Positions 9,146 through 19,072 of a stretch of 64,000 bases of DNA are shown here, piece by piece; the first letter of the stretch is position 1, and each line of letters starts with the position of its first letter. The notes beneath the pieces are model-generated. The model saw nothing but the letters and a program-made list of their open reading frames with translations. It searched no databases and was not told where the DNA came from. Origin of the DNA: Candidatus Sericytochromatia bacterium (GTDB taxonomy: Bacteria; Cyanobacteriota; Sericytochromatia; S15B-MN24; UBA4093); NCBI GenBank assembly GCA_036676495.1, contig JAKFCT010000069.1, positions 13,486-77,485 on the forward strand. The letters run 5' to 3'. Both the position numbers and the translations under genes were made by a program.

Positions 9146-10591
9146 TCATTCGCGATCGATCGTGAGCAACTGCGGGGGTGTTGCGTCTGCCGGATAGATC
9201 AGCTGCAAGAGCACCTCGCGTCGTGCTTGAGGCGGAACCTCAATCACCTCGAACGGCGGTAGGCGCTGCCCCTGTCGCAGGGTGACGTGCGTCAGCCGGG
9301 TCACGTCCATGCCTCGCTCGTTCTTCCAATCCAGGCGAACGGTGCCACGGAACGTGACGGGAAGATTCGGAGGCTCGAGGTAGGTAACCGTTCGTCCTGT
9401 CGCACTCACGGGGTGCGAAAGCGACAGGGCGTAACGGCGCGGAGTCAGGTCAGGGTTCGATAGGGGAAGTCGCAGCCGGTAGGCCACCCCGTAGTTGCCG
9501 TGGGCCTGGTAAGCGGTCTCTGGGTAGCGCCGCAGCATGGGGGCACTTTGGACCTGGTCGGTTCCCAGGCGTTTCAGGTAGGTGGTCGCGAGCGGGTACG
9601 CCACGCCAGAGCCAGGCTGGGAGATCAAGGCCGACTCCCCCTCCGTGCTAAACGCCTCTCCTCGCCACTGGCTCCCGAGGCTCACTCCGGCCACACGACC
9701 AAACGTGAACCCACCCATCGGGGGAGGTTTTCCGGGGTCGAAGGGCGTCGCAGCCGCTTCACGATCCCCCGCCAGCTGGCCTAGTCGGATCAACGCCTCG
9801 TAGTCGTCCAGTTGAGGGACCAGGAACTCTCCGGTTTCGCTGCGCCTGGCGAAGATCGCAACCTCCGAGAGGTAGACCGGCCCATCGCTCTCGAAGTCGG
9901 CGAGAACGCTCCGGCCGTTGACCGCCGGGAGGCTCGGGACGTCGGTGGGAATGGGCCACTGGTAGAGGAGTTTGGATTCGCGGGGCTCCAAGCGGAACGT
10001 CTCGAGCGGCAAGTTAGACGTGCCGAGCAGCAACTCGGTGGCGACGCGATCGCCGGGCCCCGCGTAGACCTCACCCAGCGGGTTGGGCACGATCGGGTCT
10101 AGGGGTCTGAACTTGGCATCCGGCTGACTGAGGTAAGACGAACCCCTGAAGGGGACGATCGTGTGCGCCTGGTCGCTCAGGTTGGTCGCGACCAGCCCGA
10201 CGTAGAGAAGCCGCTCTCCGGGCGTCTCGTCCTTGGCAATGTGGTGGGAGAAGTACGAGAACTTCCCCTTGAAGGCATAGTCGAGGAAGGCCGGCCCATC
10301 GACCTCAGCGCTGGGAGGCAGGGTCGAAACCAGAATCCCTTCCCGCTGGACGATCTCAGGGCTGTTGCTGTTGAGCACCGGAGTCCCGTCGAGGCCGCCG
10401 GGAAGGGGAAAGACCGGCCGTTCAGTCGTCACGGGAACCTGCGGGCTCGGACTCACCTGCGGGTAGGGGGGCATTCCGCCTTCCCCTGGGGCTTGCGGGT
10501 GGCGAATCGTGCCGCATCCCACCAGGAACGAGAAGACCAACAGGAGCGGCATCCGAGATGACCTGGGTGGCACGAAAGTACGCATTCGCAT
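9146..10591 (-). CDS. DUF3370 family lipoprotein
   Basis: PLPGGLD..PVLNSNSPE..GILVST, YLSQPDA, AHGNYGV, YPADATPPQ; lipobox LVGC; start uncertain. Confidence 0.8.
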   Translation of the reverse strand: MRMRTFVPPRSSRMPLLLVFSFLVGCGTIRHPQAPGEGGMPPYPQVSPSPQVPVTTERPVFPLPGGLDGTPVLNSNSPEIVQREGILVSTLPPSAEVDGPAFLDYAFKGKFSYFSHHIAKDETPGERLLYVGLVATNLSDQAHTIVPFRGSSYLSQPDAKFRPLDPIVPNPLGEVYAGPGDRVATELLLGTSNLPLETFRLEPRESKLLYQWPIPTDVPSLPAVNGRSVLADFESDGPVYLSEVAIFARRSETGEFLVPQLDDYEALIRLGQLAGDREAAATPFDPGKPPPMGGFTFGRVAGVSLGSQWRGEAFSTEGESALISQPGSGVAYPLATTYLKRLGTDQVQSAPMLRRYPETAYQAHGNYGVAYRLRLPLSNPDLTPRRYALSLSHPVSATGRTVTYLEPPNLPVTFRGTVRLDWKNERGMDVTRLTHVTLRQGQRLPPFEVIEVPPQARREVLLQLIYPADATPPQLLTIDRE

Positions 10592-10829
10592 CGAGGGCCC
10601 CTTGCCACGATGGGCGGAAAACAGGGGTGGCATGCGACGCCATGGGCCGCTTCGTAGGTTCGGTTCATGAAAGCGCCGCGCGTTGGATCGTATGCTCCGC
10701 CTTCCGGTTCGGCCAGTTGCACTTTGCACCAGCCGGCACCGAGGGCCCGGACGTTTCTTCGATTGGCCTCATCGACTTGACGCCGCCAGGGCCCACGCGG
10801 AGCGTCCCTTACCGTCCTGCACCACCTCA

Positions 10830-10938
10830 GGCCGCTTGCGGAGTTTCAGGTCGGAGGAGCGGGATCGTCAATCCACGTGCCACCTTTCAGGCCACAAGGG
10901 TTAAAGACCTAGTCCACGAGCTGCTTTTGACGATCTAG
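10830..10938. repeat. Junction 2: tRNA-Pro 3'-end copy + cryptic 29-codon tail
   Basis: cttgcggagtttcaGGTCGGAGGAGCGGGATC; tail ends RVKDLVHELLLTI*. Confidence 0.75.
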
Positions 10939-10975
10939 GCGTTGGGGAAAGCTGTAATCGTACTCGAACCTAAGG

Positions 10976-12091
10976 TTAGTCGATTTGAGGACTTGCTGTG
11001 CAGTTGGGAACCGACACGGAGTCCATCTCACCGGGGAAGAACCGTTGCTTGAGCCAGAGCGAGACGTAGACCAAGGCCACCAGAGCGGGCACTTCGACAA
11101 GGGGACCTACGACCGCAGCTAAGGCTTCCGAGGATGCGATGCCGAACATCCCGACAGCCACCGCGATCGCCAGTTCGAAGTTGTTTCCCGCTGCGGTGAA
11201 GGATAGAGCTGCCGTCTCCTGGTAATTGAAGCCCAAGGCCTTGCTCACGGCGAAGGCGAGGAAGAACATCACCAGGAAGTAGAGCACGAGCGGAATCGAG
11301 ATGCGAACGACATCCACGGGGAGGCTGACTATCTTGCTGCCCTGCATGCTGAACATCAAGACGATGGTGTATAGCAGGCCGATGAGGGCCGTTGGCCCCA
11401 GCTTGGGCATCAGGACGTTGTCGTACCAGTCGCGTCCCTTCAAGCGAACGCCCACGATACGGGTGATGGCACCCAGGGCCAGAGGGATGCCGAGGAAGAT
11501 GAGGACGCTCTTGGCGATGGCCCACATGGAGACGTCGAGTGCAGTGGCCGTGCCGCCCAGCCAGACCGGTAGGACCGTCAGGAAGAAGTAGCCCAACACC
11601 GAGTACATCGCGATCTGGAAAAGGGAGTTGAGCGCCACCATGATGGCAGCGGCTTCGCTGTCGCCTTTCGCGAGCATGTTCCAGAGCAGGACCATGGCGA
11701 TGCAGCGGGCGAGCCCAATCATGATGAGGCCGGTTCGGTACTCCGGCAGGTCGGGTAGCATCACCCAGGCCAGGCTGAACATCACCACCGGTCCGAGAAT
11801 CCAGTTGAAGAACAGCGAGGCCCCTAAGAGCTTCCCCTTCGCCTTGAATGTTCCGAGGGTTTCGTAGCGGACCTTGGCGAGGACCGGATACATCATCCAG
11901 AGCAAACCGATAGCGATGGGCAGCGATACATCCGCCACCTGGACGGCATCAAGGGCCGGGCCGATACCCGGAAAGACCTTCCCGAGCAGAACGCCCAGCG
12001 CCATGGCGGCGAAGATCCAGAGGGGTAGGAAACGGTCGATGAGAGACAGCTTCCCGACGATGTTCGATACCTGAACGGCTTCTGTGGCCAT
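10976..12091 (-). CDS. acr3: Arsenite efflux transporter Acr3
   Basis: LSLIDRFLPLWI, GLARCIAMV, AAGNNFELAIAVA, GPLVEVP. Confidence 0.95.
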   Translation of the reverse strand: MATEAVQVSNIVGKLSLIDRFLPLWIFAAMALGVLLGKVFPGIGPALDAVQVADVSLPIAIGLLWMMYPVLAKVRYETLGTFKAKGKLLGASLFFNWILGPVVMFSLAWVMLPDLPEYRTGLIMIGLARCIAMVLLWNMLAKGDSEAAAIMVALNSLFQIAMYSVLGYFFLTVLPVWLGGTATALDVSMWAIAKSVLIFLGIPLALGAITRIVGVRLKGRDWYDNVLMPKLGPTALIGLLYTIVLMFSMQGSKIVSLPVDVVRISIPLVLYFLVMFFLAFAVSKALGFNYQETAALSFTAAGNNFELAIAVAVGMFGIASSEALAAVVGPLVEVPALVALVYVSLWLKQRFFPGEMDSVSVPNCTASPQID

Positions 12092-12092
12092 G

Positions 12093-12416
12093 CTACAGCT
12101 CCTCGAAGATGGCCAAAGGCTCCTTGGCGGTGTCAGTGGCCTTGTAGTAGTTCCAGCGGCCCTGTTTCCGAGCCGTGACCAGGCCTGCTTGGCTCAGAAC
12201 CGACAGGTGATGCGAGAGACTGCCTTGGGGCATCCCGAGCACTTCCATGAGGTCGCAGACGCAGACCTCGTGGTCCTTCACGAGGTGCAGCAACTTGAGG
12301 CGAACCTCGTCGCCCAGCGCCTTGAAGAGCCGGGCCTTGTCGGCCAGCCCGGCGGGCAACACGGTTGGGTTTGGACTCTCACAGCAGGCGGTGAGCTGCT
12401 TCAACTTCTTGAGCAT
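12093..12416 (-). CDS. arsR: ArsR family repressor
   Basis: FKALGDEVRL..EVCVCDL..SHHL..RKQGRWNYY. Confidence 0.9.
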   Translation of the reverse strand: MLKKLKQLTACCESPNPTVLPAGLADKARLFKALGDEVRLKLLHLVKDHEVCVCDLMEVLGMPQGSLSHHLSVLSQAGLVTARKQGRWNYYKATDTAKEPLAIFEEL

Positions 12417-12441
12417 GGGATCCCCTTGACAAGCTACGAAC

Positions 12442-12479
12442 CCATCGATTAATTTCGATTCATCGAGAAACGTCGATGG
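12442..12479. promoter_or_regulatory. Probable ArsR operator (two ATCGA-N6-TCGAT inverted repeats)
   Basis: ccATCGAttaattTCGATtcATCGAgaaacgTCGATgg between the divergent ars genes. Confidence 0.65.
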
Positions 12480-12526
12480 TTCTATTCTACACCCAGTTCG
12501 CTCAGATTCAAGCGAGGAGGTCCACC

Positions 12527-13309
12527 GTGCCCTTGCCCACTTCCCAAGATGAAATTCGCCAGGTCGTTCAGGAGCACTACGCCGAGGTCGCAAAAAGCGC
12601 GCAGAGCTGTTGCGCTCCATCCTGCTGCTCGCCCAGTTCGACAAGCTTGGGCTACACTGCAGAAGACCTGACCTCAGTTCCCAAGGGGGCCGACCTCGGC
12701 CTCGGGTGCGGCAACCCCCAGCTCATCTCTGAGCTGAAGCCGGGCGAGGTGGTGTTAGACCTTGGCAGCGGTGCGGGTTTTGACTGTTTCCTGGCCGCCA
12801 ACAAGGTCGGGCCGACCGGAATGGTCATCGGCGTGGACATGACCCCCGAGATGCTTGACCGTGCCCGTCAAAACGCCCACAAGGGGGGCTACTCCAACGT
12901 CGAGTTCCGTCAGGGGCTGATCGAGGACCTACCGGTCGAGGCTGGGACCGTCGACGTCATCATGTCGAACTGCGTCGTCAACCTCTCGCCTGCTAAGGCC
13001 CAGGTCTACCAAGAGGCGTTCCGGGTCCTGAAGCCGGGCGGGCGCATCGCCATCTCTGACGTGGTCGCATTCCAGCCGCTTCCCATCGAGATCCGGGAAC
13101 AGCTCTCACTTTACTCGGCGTGCATCGCAGGAGCCGCGACCATCGCCGACATCGAGGGCATGCTCCGTGATGCCGGTTTCGATAACATAAACATCCAGGC
13201 GAAGCTGGAGGAGAGCCGGATGATGGTCCAGGAGTGGGCGCCCGGCAGTGGATTGGAGGAGTACGTGGCCTCGGCGATGATCACCGCAAGCAAGGCGGTT
13301 GGCCAATGA
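12527..13309 (+). CDS. arsM: Arsenite methyltransferase
   Basis: LGLGCGNP, VLDLGSGAGFDC, SNCVVNL, CIAGA; GAGGAGG RBS. Confidence 0.93.
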   Translation: MPLPTSQDEIRQVVQEHYAEVAKSAQSCCAPSCCSPSSTSLGYTAEDLTSVPKGADLGLGCGNPQLISELKPGEVVLDLGSGAGFDCFLAANKVGPTGMVIGVDMTPEMLDRARQNAHKGGYSNVEFRQGLIEDLPVEAGTVDVIMSNCVVNLSPAKAQVYQEAFRVLKPGGRIAISDVVAFQPLPIEIREQLSLYSACIAGAATIADIEGMLRDAGFDNINIQAKLEESRMMVQEWAPGSGLEEYVASAMITASKAVGQ

Positions 13310-13713
13310 AACAGGTCCTGTTTGCCTGCATCCACAACACGGGGCGCAGCCAGATGGCTGAGGCATTCTTCAACCAGATCGCTGACCCCACCAAGGCACG
13401 CGCCATCTCCGGGGGAACTGAGCCGACATCGGGGATGAATCCCACCGTTCTCGCCGTCATGAAAGAGGTTGGCCTCGACTTGGTGGCCCAAGGGCATCAC
13501 CCGAAGCTCGCAGACCTGGACGCTCTCTCGGTCGGGGATCGGGCAATCTCCATGGGGTGTGGCGTGAGCCTGGCATGCCCTGCGCACTTGGGCCGGATGG
13601 AAGACTGGGGGCTGGATGACCCTAAGGGGCAGCCCATCGAGCGCGTCCGCGAGATTCGCGACGACATCAAGAAGCGAGTCGAGGGCCTGGTACGCGAACT
13701 TGGGGTTTTGTAA
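13306..13713 (+). CDS. arsC: Arsenate reductase (LMW-PTP type)
   Basis: CIHNTGRSQMAEA...DWGLDDPKG. Confidence 0.9.
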   Translation: MKQVLFACIHNTGRSQMAEAFFNQIADPTKARAISGGTEPTSGMNPTVLAVMKEVGLDLVAQGHHPKLADLDALSVGDRAISMGCGVSLACPAHLGRMEDWGLDDPKGQPIERVREIRDDIKKRVEGLVRELGVL

Positions 13714-13725
13714 GTTTTGAAATCG

Positions 13726-13759
13726 ATTAGGGGATGGGACGGTGATCCCATCCCCTAAT
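13726..13759. terminator. Hairpin after arsC
   Basis: attaggggatggga...tcccatcccctaat inverted repeat. Confidence 0.7.
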
Positions 13760-13770
13760 CCTTCGACATG

Positions 13771-13925
13771 AAAGAATGACCGCCAGCAGTGAGACGCATG
13801 CTGACGGGGAGCCTACAGTAAACCTCAGATCAGAAGCTCCCCGTCCCGTTATGCGATGAGGCAAGACGCCGAATTCCCAGGCAAATTGGGCGCAGGATCG
13901 AGTCCACAAGCGCCTCCTCTCCTAG
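13771..13925. repeat. Junction 3 (degenerate): hairpin + eroded att + tail remnant
   Basis: gaccgccagcagtgagacgcatgctgacgg; tcagatcagaagc; tail ...SQANWAQDRVHKRLLS* ends 13925. Confidence 0.6.
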
Positions 13926-14078
13926 GTTTGAGAACGGTTTGTTTTCGTGTGATATTGTTTATTCGAGTTTACGCTTGAATGCCTCGATACTCGATATCCA
14001 ACTCCCGCCATTTACTGGAACAGTAACGTTAGCGCGGGCTCGCTGGCACCATCCTTGCGGCTGGGCAAAGGGGGGAAA

Positions 14079-14507
14079 ATGGCAGTCAAGACCTATGGGA
14101 TCAATCACGTCGCCATCGAGGTGACGGACATCGAGAAGGCCGTGGACTTCTACACGGATGTCTTCAACCTGGAAAAACTGAACGAGGGGGAGGGCGACGC
14201 GTTCTTCAAAGTCGGCGAACACCAGTTTCTGGCGATCTTCGAGGTTGACGAGGTCAAGCCGGATCGCGCCCGTCACTTTGGTCTGATGGTTCGTGACGAG
14301 GCACAGCTTGCGGAGGTCCGCGCGAAGGTCTCGAAGAAATGGGGGCTGGTCTTGCATCCAGGGTTCAGGTGCGACTTCCACGATCCGTGGGGCAACCATA
14401 TCCAAGTTGTCGACCTGCATAATGAGTCGTTGGTCTGGTTGCTCCCCTACCAAGAGATACAGAAAGTCGGCATCACGTTTGAACGCGTCTCGGAATCGGC
14501 GCTGTAG
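14079..14507 (+). CDS. VOC/glyoxalase family protein
   Basis: GINHVAIEVTDIEKAVDFY..HFGL..DPWGNHIQVV. Confidence 0.9.
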   Translation: MAVKTYGINHVAIEVTDIEKAVDFYTDVFNLEKLNEGEGDAFFKVGEHQFLAIFEVDEVKPDRARHFGLMVRDEAQLAEVRAKVSKKWGLVLHPGFRCDFHDPWGNHIQVVDLHNESLVWLLPYQEIQKVGITFERVSESAL

Positions 14508-14612
14508 CTAATATCGGTGGCGTTGCCGCCAAGCAGCGGCTCGTCTCGGACGCAGCGAACAAACACCTGGACGTAGGCAAGGTTTCGCTTCCGACGCCGC
14601 TGAAATTCCCGC

Positions 14613-14766
14613 AAGAGAAAGACCGCCAGCAGTTAGAAGCCCTGCTGGCGGTCTATTCTTGATTCCCTTGCGGGATTCAGGTCGGAGCGGCGGGATGGTT
14701 ACTTTGAACCAGCCACCCCATGGAAAAAAGCTCCAGGAGCTGATCCACGAGCTGCTTATGGCCTGA
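14613..14766. repeat. Junction 4: terminator hairpin + tRNA-Pro 3'-end copy + 28-codon tail
   Basis: GGTCGGAGCGGCGGGAT (14680-14696) is identical to the tRNA end; 14613-14688 matches 18741-18816 at 75/76 nt. Confidence 0.9.
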
Positions 14767-15019
14767 TTTGCGGGCACTGAGCTTACTAATCTGAGTACTT
14801 GACGACGAAAGATCCCGGCGCTATGAAGTGCCTTGACTCATTCAGACCCTGGCAGGCCCCAAAGGGGGGGCCTACGCTTGCCGTGCTGTCACGTGTTTCC
14901 ACGAACGTCGTCCTGTGGAAGGAAGTCTTGTTTGAGCTGACACTGACGCTCGTGAGAAGTTCTCAGAGAAAGGTGTCCGGAGTCTTGACCCTGGACACCT
15001 TCAATGTACGCCGTAAAGA

Positions 15020-16582
15020 CTAGTAAATTAATCCCCAGTAGACGTCGAGGATCGCACGGTTATCGTAGTACCACGCGTTGTTCCGAAGTTTCGTGATGGC
15101 CGAATCGTTGTTCGTGAGTTTGCCCTGCTGGACGTAGAGCGCCAGCGCACCGGTCACGATGGGGGCCGCGAAGCTGGTTCCCCAGCCACCATGCATCCCT
15201 ACGTCGTAACCCGTGGTCTGGTTCGCAACTGCAACGTTGCTACCACCCGCGTAGATGTCAGCGAAGGTCATGTTCGCGGTACCGCTGCTGTACGAGGACA
15301 CGCTCCGGTCCGTATCATGCGAGCTTACGCCCAAGACCTCGCCATATCCTGCCGGATAGTTGTTCTGGTTCCCTTTGTTACCCGTAGAGGAAACCTGGAT
15401 CATCCCGGCGTCGTAGTTGGCCTTAATGGCACCGTACCAGCCCCACATCCAGGCCGGATACAGCCAGCTGGTTTCCGTGGTCGAGAAGCTCATGTTCACG
15501 ATCTTCACGCCGTCGTACCGCGCCTGATCCAGCGCTCGGGCGATCTGATTCATGTCCATGTTCTTCCCATCCTGGTCGGCGTACACGTGGTACGCGTAGG
15601 GAATGGCATGAGGAGCAACGCCCGCCGCTCCTGCAGAGTCGTTGAGCGCCGAGAAGATTAGCGAGGCGACGGGACGACCGTGACCCATTCCGACTCGAAT
15701 GTCCTGATTGTTGTTTTCAAAGTTGTAGCTCCAGACGCTTCCGGAGTTCCCCCAGAGCTGAGTCGCATAGGGCTCACCAGGAGCCATGAAGCGGTTGTCG
15801 ATGACCGCGACCTTGACGCCCGCTCCGTTAGCAAAGCTCCATGCTGCAGTGCTGGACTGGGGATTGATGCGGTTGCCGTAAATACCACCGGTGCCGTAGT
15901 CCCGCATGTACCAGAATTGGCTCGTCGAAGGCGTCACGCTGCCGTTACCCTCGTTGTAGAGGACCCCTGTGGCGTCGGTTCCAGCCTGATTGATGCCGAT
16001 GTGGAAGACCTTGTTCGCCTTCTTGTTCTTGTGGACTTTCAAGACTTGCTGCAAGGCCTTGGCCGCCCGCTTGTCGGAGAAGACCATCTCGCCACGGACG
16101 CCGACCTCTTCGGAGAGCTGAGGAAGCTGGTCCAGGGCGACTTTGCTGTCTTCAAAGGCGACGAGGTAGGTGTCGGTATAGCCGTCCTCGATGTAAGAAC
16201 TGTCGGGCATTGCCTTGAGCTTTTTCTCCTGCTTGACGATCCGCGCGCCGTACGTCTGCAGAAAGTTCGAGACCTCACCGTCGGTGGCGCCCTCCTCGAA
16301 CGTGACTCGCGTCTCGTCGGGGTAGAACGTGACCACTGTTTCAGGCTTATTCTTCAAGTAGTACTTGGACTCGCGGCCAAGAGACTGGGTTGAGACGTCG
16401 GACTCGAACGAGTAGGTGAACGGCTTGTCAGCCAACTCGGGAAGAACCGTACGAGGATTCGTGTGCTCCACCAGGGGAGCCCCTTTGACCATGTCCTTGT
16501 CTTGACCGTCTTGAATGCTTGAGGGCGGCACGCAGCCGACCAAGGCCAGGCTCAGGATTAGCGCGAGCTTCGTGAGTTTCAC
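15020..16582 (-). CDS. S8 subtilase lipoprotein
   Basis: Lipobox LVGC; catalytic triad VAVID / HGRPVA / GTSFAAP; lower GC than the flanks. Confidence 0.9.
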   Translation of the reverse strand: MKLTKLALILSLALVGCVPPSSIQDGQDKDMVKGAPLVEHTNPRTVLPELADKPFTYSFESDVSTQSLGRESKYYLKNKPETVVTFYPDETRVTFEEGATDGEVSNFLQTYGARIVKQEKKLKAMPDSSYIEDGYTDTYLVAFEDSKVALDQLPQLSEEVGVRGEMVFSDKRAAKALQQVLKVHKNKKANKVFHIGINQAGTDATGVLYNEGNGSVTPSTSQFWYMRDYGTGGIYGNRINPQSSTAAWSFANGAGVKVAVIDNRFMAPGEPYATQLWGNSGSVWSYNFENNNQDIRVGMGHGRPVASLIFSALNDSAGAAGVAPHAIPYAYHVYADQDGKNMDMNQIARALDQARYDGVKIVNMSFSTTETSWLYPAWMWGWYGAIKANYDAGMIQVSSTGNKGNQNNYPAGYGEVLGVSSHDTDRSVSSYSSGTANMTFADIYAGGSNVAVANQTTGYDVGMHGGWGTSFAAPIVTGALALYVQQGKLTNNDSAITKLRNNAWYYDNRAILDVYWGLIY

Positions 16583-16739
16583 ATGCGCTCCTTTACTTTT
16601 GCTATGGTGCTGTAATAGTGGTTGTTACGTCATATGCGTTATCATAGCAGTTGGATGGCCGCTTCTACAACTATCCTTGCGCTTCCCGTGGATGGTTTTG
16701 CCGAGCGTAACTTGGTCACGGACTTTGCTTAGAGTCGTG

Positions 16740-17224
16740 TGTGTTGATAACGACGCCGCGCAATTTTCTCCTTCCGCGATCCGGTCAGGCGTCCCAAGCG
16801 GCCCAGGCCGTGTAGAGCACCGACGTGATGTAGTACCCGGTGACGGTGTTGCTCGCCGCCCCTGCTTGCCACGGCGGTATCTCGCTATAGCTGAAACTTG
16901 GGCCTCCGTACCGTTTGACGTAGGATGCTGCCATCGCCAGGAAAATGCCAACGCTACCGGCCGAGAAGGCAAGCCCTCGCATAGGATCGCCTGCATACAT
17001 GTGTCCAACAGAAGGCAATGTCGTGACCAGAACGGTTGGTCCGACGTTCAGGTCTCCCTGGCCGACCGAGGTCCCTTTCACTTTCCCGGTAGGGCGAGTT
17101 GATAGGGTGAGACCTGCGGCAACCCAAGGATTGTGAGACAAGGAGGCTGCTGAAGTGACAGGCTCCGAGGCTACGGAACGGGTGGCAAGGAAGGACTCGA
17201 CAGGGCCCTGAGGATGCAGCGCAT
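16740..17224 (-). pseudogene. Frameshifted membrane/secreted hypothetical protein
   Basis: RBS and ATG at 17224, frameshift before SHNPWVAAGL..GHMYAGDP..WAAWDA; the frame resumes (YRIAEGEN) after a 1-nt insertion. Confidence 0.5.
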
Positions 17225-17617
17225 AGGGCCTCCGATCGAGACCATCGCTGGCTCATCAGGTCTTCGAGCTGGACGGCCCAAGACTTGCCCATGGCCCCTT
17301 ATGTATACGAGTTATCCATGTGGCTTCGCGGATCGGAGCTTCGGTCCGCTGCTGAGCGATCCACGGAAGTGCAGGGCGATCGAGACCGCTTTCATTGGTT
17401 CTGCCGGGACTTCTTGCCGTAGCGCAGCACGCCCACCTTCGTGAGCTGCATGCCCTGGGCGACGTGAAGGTGGGCGTTGCCGGCTTGCGGGCGCTAGAGC
17501 CTCTGCCTCCGGTTGAAGCGGCGCTTGCCGGCACACTATACTACCTGCGGATCGGGTTGGGTGGACGAAGATGCCGGCGCGACGCGCCCGAGATTGAGAC
17601 GTAGGAGAATAGCCACT

Positions 17618-18106
17618 ATGAAGAAAGCCATCATCTACCTGTGGTATGAGCACGACGCGGAGGAGGCAGCACACTTCTATGCCCGGACCTTTCCCGACAG
17701 CAAGGTCGGCGCGGTGCAACGGGCGCCGTCCGACTTCCCGAGCGGCAAGGCGGGTGACGTGCTGACGGTCGAGTTCACGGTGTGCGGCCTGCCATGCGTG
17801 GGCCTCAACGGCGGGGACGCGTTCAAGCAAAGCGAAGCGTTCTCCTTCCAGATCGCCACCGAGGACCAGGCGGAGACCGACCGCTACTGGAACGCGATCG
17901 TCGGCAACGGCGGTGAGGAGAGCGCGTGCGGCTGGTGCAAGGACAAGTGGGGCGTGTCATGGCAGATTACGCCGCGCGTCCTGACCGAGGCGATGGCCCA
18001 GGGTGGCGAAGTCGCGAAGCGCGCGTTCGAGGCGATGATGGAGATGCAGAAGATCGACGTCGCAAAGATCGAGGCGGCGGTGCGCGGCGAGACTAACCCG
18101 GGATAG
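17618..18106 (+). CDS. VOC family protein (PhnB/3-demethylubiquinone-9 methyltransferase-like)
   Basis: LNGG..FKQSEAFSFQI..CGWCKDKWGVSWQI. Confidence 0.9.
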   Translation: MKKAIIYLWYEHDAEEAAHFYARTFPDSKVGAVQRAPSDFPSGKAGDVLTVEFTVCGLPCVGLNGGDAFKQSEAFSFQIATEDQAETDRYWNAIVGNGGEESACGWCKDKWGVSWQITPRVLTEAMAQGGEVAKRAFEAMMEMQKIDVAKIEAAVRGETNPG

Positions 18107-18189
18107 GATCTCCAGCGCCTAGGAAACTAACGAGGGCCTGACCGTTTTCGGTCAGGCCCAGCGTGCGTGCCACTCCCGCCGAGAGGATC

Positions 18190-18735
18190 CCCCAGTTCTT
18201 GGTCCGGGCAAAAGTGCGAAATTGGACCTCACTGTCACGATGTAAACGCTGAAACGCCCACTTGGCGGGCAAGTTCAGCGGGGGCCGAAAGTCCAACGCT
18301 TTGTGAGGGCGCCTGAAGTTATATGGGGCTCTCTGGGCAGCGATCTTACGCCTGGCGTCGTCCAGAGACAAGAACCAGTTGGGGGCCAAGCACTCGTCCT
18401 GAACGCTGCCGTTGGAGGATTCGATGAACGCATGGTCCTTGGGGTTACCGGGCCGAGAGAAGTCCAACGTGACGCCGTTCTCATAAGCCCAACGGTCCAA
18501 GCCTTTCGAGATGAACTCGGGGCCGTTGTCGACACGATTGTTCTTGGGGACGCCACGCTGATGGCGAAGCCGCTCGAGGACGGCCACGACCTGCTCGCCC
18601 TTGAGCCCCTGGTCCACCTCGATGGCTAAATTCTCCCGGGTAATCGTATCCAGTACGGTGAGGGACCGAAATCGCTTGTCATTGAAGAGCGCGTCTGAGA
18701 CGAATCCCATGTACCAGCGCTCGTTCTCTGCATTG
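18190..18735 (-). mobile_element. IS3-family (IS407-like) transposase OrfB remnant
   Basis: W.MGFVSDAL (first catalytic D mutated), VDNGPEF, RPGNP..AFIES.NG, YN..RPH.AL; N-terminus missing. Confidence 0.85.
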
Positions 18736-18740
18736 AGGAG

Positions 18741-18816
18741 AAGAGAAAGACCGCCAGCAGTTAGAAGCCCTGCTGGCGGTCTATTCTTGATTCCCTTGCG
18801 GGAATCAGGTCGGAGC
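18741..18816. repeat. Junction 5: hairpin + att core, cut by an IS3-like terminus at 18817
   Basis: Near-identical to 14613-14688; followed by TGACCTGACCCCAATTACTTGGCC. Confidence 0.85.
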
Positions 18817-19072
18817 TGACCTGACCCCAATTACTTGGCCGAAGTGAATTGAACTCGGAATGTAAAGGGATCCTTCCAAACGGAAGGGCCTACGCGGGGG
18901 AGAGCGCTTGACGACCCCAAGCCCTGGCGCGGCCGGGGCGTTCATACGGAGGGTGTCGGGGGAAGCTCTTCGCGTAGACCCTACCATAAACAAGAAATGT
19001 CACGGCGTGAGGCCGCATGATCTTATAGGATAGCAGTCCGCGCGGCCGGACTAAAGCACGCATCGGCGCGAT

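Noticed and set aside
17325-17350. ggatcggagc as a sixth att copy
   Set aside because: Short match inside a local hairpin, with no upstream junction hairpin and no conserved tail.
5679-18816. Junction repeats as a CRISPR array or classical integron attC sites
   Set aside because: Spacing is 0.9-5 kb, there are no cas or intI genes, and the repeats contain the tRNA 3' end rather than attC R/L box architecture.
18808-18847. VGADLTPITWPK* as the tail for the surviving recombinase
   Set aside because: The sequence after 18816 looks like an IS3 terminus, not the element's own end.
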